Source: an uncultured delta proteobacterium (lineage in GTDB: Bacteria; Desulfobacterota; Binatia; UBA9968). From it: a stretch of 64,000 nt of DNA. Shown piece by piece: positions 61,501-64,000 of this stretch; the stretch's first letter is position 1; each line of letters opens with the position of its first letter. The stretch covers positions 224,001 to 288,000 of the forward strand of contig CAWFJP010000017.1 of assembly GCA_963816145.1 (NCBI GenBank), written 5' to 3'. The position numbers and the translations under genes are program-made. Under the pieces are notes generated by a model. It was not told the DNA's origin. It did no database searches and worked only from the letters and a program-made list of their open reading frames with translations.

Positions 61501-64000
61501 GGAAGGAAGGCGCAACGCTTTTTATGACGCTGTTGGCGGCGTTCAAGATATTATTATACCGCTACACAGGGCAGCAAGACATCGTCATCGGTACTCCTAT
61601 TGCGGGTCGCAACCGTTCCGAAATAGAGGGATTGATTGGGTTCTTTGTCAACACGCTGGTGCTGCGCACTGACCTTTCCGGCAACTGTACTTTTCGTGAG
61701 TTGCTGGGACGGGTGCGGGAAACGGCCTTGGGCGCCTACGCGCACCAGGATCTGCCCTTCGAGAAACTAGTCGAGGAGCTGCAGCCGGAACGCGACTTAA
61801 GTCGTAACCCTTTGTTTCAGATATTTTTCAACATGCTCCATGGAGGAAGTAGCGACTTAGAACTATCAGGGCTGGAAATAGAAAGCCTCACATCCTTCAA
61901 CTCGGAATCCAAATTTGATTTGACCTTATACGTCGGGGAACACGATGACAGCGCGCATCTGAAAATGGTTTACAACACCGACCTCTTTGAATCAGATACA
62001 ATCAATCGGCTGCTGCGGCATTATTGCACGCTGCTTGAAGGAATCGCGGCGGACCCCGACCGTATTATCATGCATTACCCTTTGTTGACGCAAGACGAAC
62101 GGCGGGGACTCGCCACGGGAAAGAATGCTGTTGGCCCGGCGAACGCGTTTGTGGAATTCAAGAGAGAAGAAATCGAGCAATCGATTGCCGCACGGTTCGA
62201 GCAACAGGCAACGCTTTTTCGGGAAAAAACGGCAGTGAAGAGCCAAGAGCAGCGGTGGACCTACGGCGAGTTGAATCGCAGAGCCAATCAGATCGCCAGA
62301 GCGCTACTGCAGCAGTGCGGCGCCGGGGAAGAAAGAGTTGTGTTATTGTTCGAACATGGAGCGCCGATGATTGCCGCAATCCTGGGAGTGCTTAAAAGTG
62401 CGAAGGCATATGTTCCGCTGGAGCCCAGTCATCCAACAGAACGGCTTAGCTACATGATGGAGGACAGCGAGAGCACAGTGATTCTCAGTGATCGGAGAAA
62501 CCTAGAGTTGGCCCGAGAACTTTCCCGCGGGAGCCGAGCGGTGATCAACATCGAGGAGATCGATCCCGCGACATCGGCAGAGAATCTCGGCCTGACTGTC
62601 TCGCCGGAAGCTATGGCCTATATTCTTTACACCTCAGGCTCAACGGGACAGCCCAAAGGGGTGATGCAAAACCATCGCAACGTGCTGCACCACGCACGCT
62701 GCTATACCAACAGCCTACATATCCATGCTGATGACCGACTCACGTTATTTTCCGCTTACAGTCACGATGCGGCGGTGATCGATATTTTTTCCGCTTTATT
62801 AAATGGCGCCACGCTTTATCCTTGGAAGGTTTCGGAGCAAGGCTTGATTGGATTGCCAGAGTGGTTGGAAGGGCAAGAAGTCACAGTCTACCATTCAACG
62901 CCGTCCCTATATCAGAGTTTGCTTGACACGCTCGATTCGGGCGTGCGCTTTTCGAACGTGCGCGCAGTCGTTTTGGGGGGAGAAAAGGCAGCCAACAGAC
63001 ACTTTGAGGGCTTTTGGGGTCATTTTTCTCCGCATGCTATCTTCTGCAATCTATACGGCTCAACGGAATCTTCCTTTAATTTACTTTTTTCGAGCGGTGC
63101 CCACACGCCGACCAGGCGGAACGCAATTTCCATCGGGTATCCCGTGCAGGACACCGAAGTGGTATTATTGAACGAAGATGGGACTGTGGGAGAGATATAC
63201 GGGGAGATCGGGATTCGTAGTGAGCATGTGGCGCTTGGGTATTGGCACAATCCACAGTTGACCGACGCTGTCTTTTTGCCGGATTCAGAGCAGGAAACAA
63301 GGCGTCTTTACCGCACGGGGGACATCGGGCGGCTGCTGCCCGATGGAAGCATCGGGTTTTTGGGGCGTCGGGATAGCCAGGTCAAAATTCGAGGATACCG
63401 CATCGAGTTGGGCGAGGTGGAGGCAGTTCTGACTCAGCACCCGACTGTCAAACAAGCGGTGGTTGCGATTCGGGGAGAAGCGAACCGAGCGTCCTCAACA
63501 CGGCCTCGCTTCGGAGAACTGTTAGTGGGGTACGTGGTGATGCAGCTGGGGGAGATTTTGAATGCAGATAAACTGCGAGATCATTTAAAGCAAAAGGTGC
63601 CCGAATACATGGTGCCGGCGGTATTCGTGGGCCTTGACACTCTGCCGCTAATGCCCAACGGCAAGGTCAACCGGCGCACGTTGCCATTGCCGGAGGACCA
63701 AGCCGGAGAGATCGAGAGCGTTTTTGTCGCGCCACGCACGCCGATCGAGGATAGCGTGGCGGAGATCTGGCGGGAAGTCCTTGATCTCGAGCGCATCGGT
63801 ATCATGGATAATTTCTTTGCATTAGGCGGACACTCGCTGCTGGCGTTGCAAGTCATCTATCTTGTGGGGAAGCAGTTTAATATTGAAGTGGCGCTGCGGA
63901 TCTTGTTTGAAAAGCCAACGATCGAGCAATTTGCCGGGTTTATTTTTGATCGCTTGGTCAGGAACGAACATGGAGATTTGGATAGCCTCTTAAGTGAAAT
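52593..64000 (+). CDS. Hybrid PKS-NRPS KS-AT-ACP-aminotransferase-C-A-PCP-C-A-PCP (runs off window end)
   Basis: GTG start after GAGGAGG; absent from the ORF track (no stop in window); frame spot-checked at 52.6, 59.5 and 63.96 kb. KS SACSTS/HGTGT; AT GHSLG/HAFH; ACP LGFDSL; class III aminotransferase NTGSEA, FDEMITGFR, TYGKVIGGG; C HHLITDG and HHIAADG; two A domains; two GGHSL PCPs. Confidence 0.92.
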   Translation, partial: MKNPTSKNHQNGIEIAIIGMAARFPGAANVKQFWRNLHDGVESLTLFSDAELRSSGVDPALIANPDYVKAKPILEDTDSFDAAFFGFNPKEAEIMDPQHRIFLECAWEALENAGYDSEKYKGLIGVYAGASMNSYLLNLVANHSSKGPPDYYQMLVGNEKDFLPTRVSYKLNLKGPSLNVQSACSTSLVAVHLACQGLLSGECDMVLAGGVSIQVPQRDGYLYQEGMIRSPDGRCRAFDARAQGTNFGEGVGVVVLKRLADAESDGDHIEAVIKGSAINNDGAYKVGYAAPSVDGQAKVIRAAQSVAEVEPDTLSYIEAHGTGTEIGDPIEIAALTKAFRASTQRKNFCAVGSVKTNFGHLDAAAGIAGLIKTALALKHKLLPASIHFERPNAKIDFDNSPFYVNAKLAQWPSGPTPRRAGVSSFGIGGTNAHVILEEGPIAEASGPARPWQLLVLSAKTTTALEAAARNLATHLRDHPDFTLADVAYTLQVGRRRFGHRRAVVCRDARNAVDMLESSDPKLVMTVHSEQEDRPVAFMFPGQGAQYVNMAVSLYREEAIFRKTVDECAQALVPHLEVDVREILFPEPAQTAAAERKITETYITQPTLFVIEYALAQLWLNWGIRPRAVIGHSLGEYVAACLAGVMTRDDALSLLAGRARLMQQLPPGGMLAVRLAAKDLKSLLDARLSIAAVNTTALTVISGPYEALECLELELAERGVGYRRLPTSHAFHSDMMNPVLEPFAKLTEKIRLRPPQIGWVSCLTGDWITESQAIDPTYWVRQLRETVRFTEGVGKLLKDHQSALLEVGPGTSLANFAKQHPDRTKEHVVLSSSSSAREAGLDIESMLHSLGGLWLAGAAVDWQQVHGGEPRRRLPLPTYPFERQRYWIDTPTTADHEPENAASAADNGDLSNHRDIEIETGVSVMKSNLAESASSGQQIELQSRLRAVLSELSGIEAAALDSSANFAELGFDSLFLTQASGAIQRSFNVKVSFLQLLEDLSTIEALAAHLDRVMPREQKAETESLIVASQPTTQKPPAEPLAAAQNLCATSNGLPTDGLGRGSDALERILNRHLDLMSRQLDLLRNGSRSIDGISFSLEEMSRVNGHSESVPVAGRAPAIPVSPAVAGRSQLLERTDSTAFGPYSAIKKHAQEALAPRQQENLDSFISRYTKRTQESKRYTQTHRAHLADPRSVAGFRSLWKELTYPIVVARSSGCKLWDLDGNEYVDLVNGFGSSLFGYAPQFVTEAIEAQLKTGMEIGPQSLLAGKVAELVCEMTGMERAAFCNTGSEAVLAALRVARTVTGRDKIALFSGSYHGIFDEVLVRSVAGGREARSMPIAPGIVESMVKNVLVLDYGNPESLRILKERCDEIAAVLVEPVQSRRPELQPTEFLHELRDLTKASGIALIFDEMITGFRSHPGGVQTLFGVKADLATYGKVIGGGLPIGVVAGTAAFMDALDGGTWSYGDASFPTVDVTFFAGTFVRHPLALAAARAVLDHLKRSGPTLQAGLNAKTAELVKSLNAYIEELGAPMRVTHFSSWLSIHFTENLPLTSLFFAFMRAKGVHLLEGRPCFLTTAHTDEDLEHVVGAFRESVSEMQEAGFLPAPQNARQQSVSRQVAEISSCKDPEYVPLSFTQQQIWFLEQLMPGSAVYNLAIGYRFKGSLSVPALEAGLNEIVRRHKSLRTTISVIDEVPVQVIAPSIKISLPTHDLTTVPQFEREARAMQIASEEARDPFNLVEGPLMRSTVLKLSENEYVLLVTCHHLITDGLSQDVFLRELAHLYGTFSTGNPSLLPEISFQYADFVRCQEEKLRGDVLEQRLLYWKSQLEGLPELLALPTDRRRPAVRTYHGATQSKVVSKELTKKLKTLSRNERVTLYMTLLAAFKVLLCRLTGQADMVVGSPIAGRDQVEVEGLIGLFVNTMILRTDLSGDPTFRELLQRVRESTLGAYRNQEVPFDKLMGELKSERHLSHNTLFQVMFVHEKADSEQSLKFPGLDFRVFVIETGTSMFDLTLSIMESPESLNCSFTYNTDLFDDTTITRIMDHFQTVLEGIVANPGERFSALPLLKQAERQRLVVQWNDTRIEYPQDKFIHQLFEEQAKRRPNGVGVLFEGQRLTYQELDLRANRLAHYLGKRGVGPEVLVGICMERSLEMIVALLGVLKAGAAYVPLDPHYPKERLAFMLEDAGASVLITRSSLVSQLPGVNVDGRPTMDKDNQHRSAAIGGPYSMVYLDTDWNAIIQESGENPAVAVDAENLAYVIYTSGSTGRPKRVGVTHRSLANYAQFASEMFEISNSDRVLQFASLSFDTSTEEIFPCLIKGATLVLRSDAMIDSAASFLRHCSEWHVNVLDLPTAYWHELTDGMVLEGLALPGCVRLVIIGGERAAPKQLMNWRHAVRDHARLLNTYGPTEATVAATVWELSVTDSEDESLREVPIGRPVANTQIYILDSHLEPVPIGVAGDLYIGGAGLARGYLNHPNQTAEKFIPNPFGERVGERLYCTGDLARYLGDGNIEFLGRSDRQVKVRGYRIELGEIEAVLGRHSQVRQAVVLLRQDAPGDHSTSVGVNKRLVAYIVAAQPPAPSTSDLRSFLQATLPDYMIPSVFVFLDSLPITSSGKVDHQMLPEPDQSGPDLEGNFITARNPVEEVLATIWANILGIGRVGIYDNFFDLGGHSLLATQVISRIRKVFGVEIPLRSLFESPSVAALAARIDEALRHQQGLQTVPILPMPREGDLELSFAQQRLWFLDRFDPHSSVYNIRSGLRLRGPLDVAALERSLNEIICRHETLRSTFKDIRGVPRQTIEQSGSLSLPVIDLSDRPEGCRESEAGRLAEEEGRLPFDLTSDLMLRGKVLRLGERDHILLLTLHHIAADGWSMGILFREISALYEAFTTGKPSSLAEVTIQYADFAHWQRQWLQGEMLQTQLSYWKAKLENLPVLDLPTDYSRPAVQGYRGASESVTISGTTVSALRELSRKEGATLFMTLLAAFKILLYRYTGQQDIVIGTPIAGRNRSEIEGLIGFFVNTLVLRTDLSGNCTFRELLGRVRETALGAYAHQDLPFEKLVEELQPERDLSRNPLFQIFFNMLHGGSSDLELSGLEIESLTSFNSESKFDLTLYVGEHDDSAHLKMVYNTDLFESDTINRLLRHYCTLLEGIAADPDRIIMHYPLLTQDERRGLATGKNAVGPANAFVEFKREEIEQSIAARFEQQATLFREKTAVKSQEQRWTYGELNRRANQIARALLQQCGAGEERVVLLFEHGAPMIAAILGVLKSAKAYVPLEPSHPTERLSYMMEDSESTVILSDRRNLELARELSRGSRAVINIEEIDPATSAENLGLTVSPEAMAYILYTSGSTGQPKGVMQNHRNVLHHARCYTNSLHIHADDRLTLFSAYSHDAAVIDIFSALLNGATLYPWKVSEQGLIGLPEWLEGQEVTVYHSTPSLYQSLLDTLDSGVRFSNVRAVVLGGEKAANRHFEGFWGHFSPHAIFCNLYGSTESSFNLLFSSGAHTPTRRNAISIGYPVQDTEVVLLNEDGTVGEIYGEIGIRSEHVALGYWHNPQLTDAVFLPDSEQETRRLYRTGDIGRLLPDGSIGFLGRRDSQVKIRGYRIELGEVEAVLTQHPTVKQAVVAIRGEANRASSTRPRFGELLVGYVVMQLGEILNADKLRDHLKQKVPEYMVPAVFVGLDTLPLMPNGKVNRRTLPLPEDQAGEIESVFVAPRTPIEDSVAEIWREVLDLERIGIMDNFFALGGHSLLALQVIYLVGKQFNIEVALRILFEKPTIEQFAGFIFDRLVRNEHGDLDSLLSE

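Noticed and set aside
1-64000. tRNA/rRNA genes
   Set aside because: None recognised by eye, including beside the integrase remnant; tRNAscan-SE/Infernal would be needed to exclude them.

Overview
Bacterial chromosomal window spanning the replication origin. Gene content (split F0 atp genes, pilB-pilC-pilS/R-pilA) suggests a deltaproteobacteria-like organism, possibly Candidatus Binatota; this is an inference. 1-2 kb: partial dnaN, oriC (DnaA boxes, DnaA-trios, AT-rich tract), dnaA. 2-24 kb: housekeeping genes (hemL, atpZ/I/B/E, dCMP deaminase, DUF62 SAM hydrolase, gmhA, DegT aminotransferase, HD hydrolase, archease, larB, thiL, lon, dnaJ, dnaK, grpE, recO, ppdK). 24-34 kb: type IV pilus locus that lacks pilT and carries a single PilS-membrane/PAS + PilR-AAA+/HTH fusion with no kinase or receiver domain. 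It also has a sigma54 promoter, a Geobacter-like pilin and frameshifted or truncated GT-C glycosyltransferases. 34.7-37.8 kb: IS21-family element with non-canonical ends, and an integrase remnant carrying a 37-35-37 bp repeat-spacer-repeat. 38.4-64 kb (runs off the window): hybrid NRPS/PKS cluster of asnB, a PaaK-like+A+PCP loader, KS-AT-KR(DH nested)-ACP, C-A(Ser)-PCP and KS-AT-ACP-aminotransferase-C-A-PCP-C-A-PCP. Best novelty candidates are the one-component pilin-sensing sigma54 activator and the unusual assembly line. All calls come from motif recognition by eye; no searches were run.
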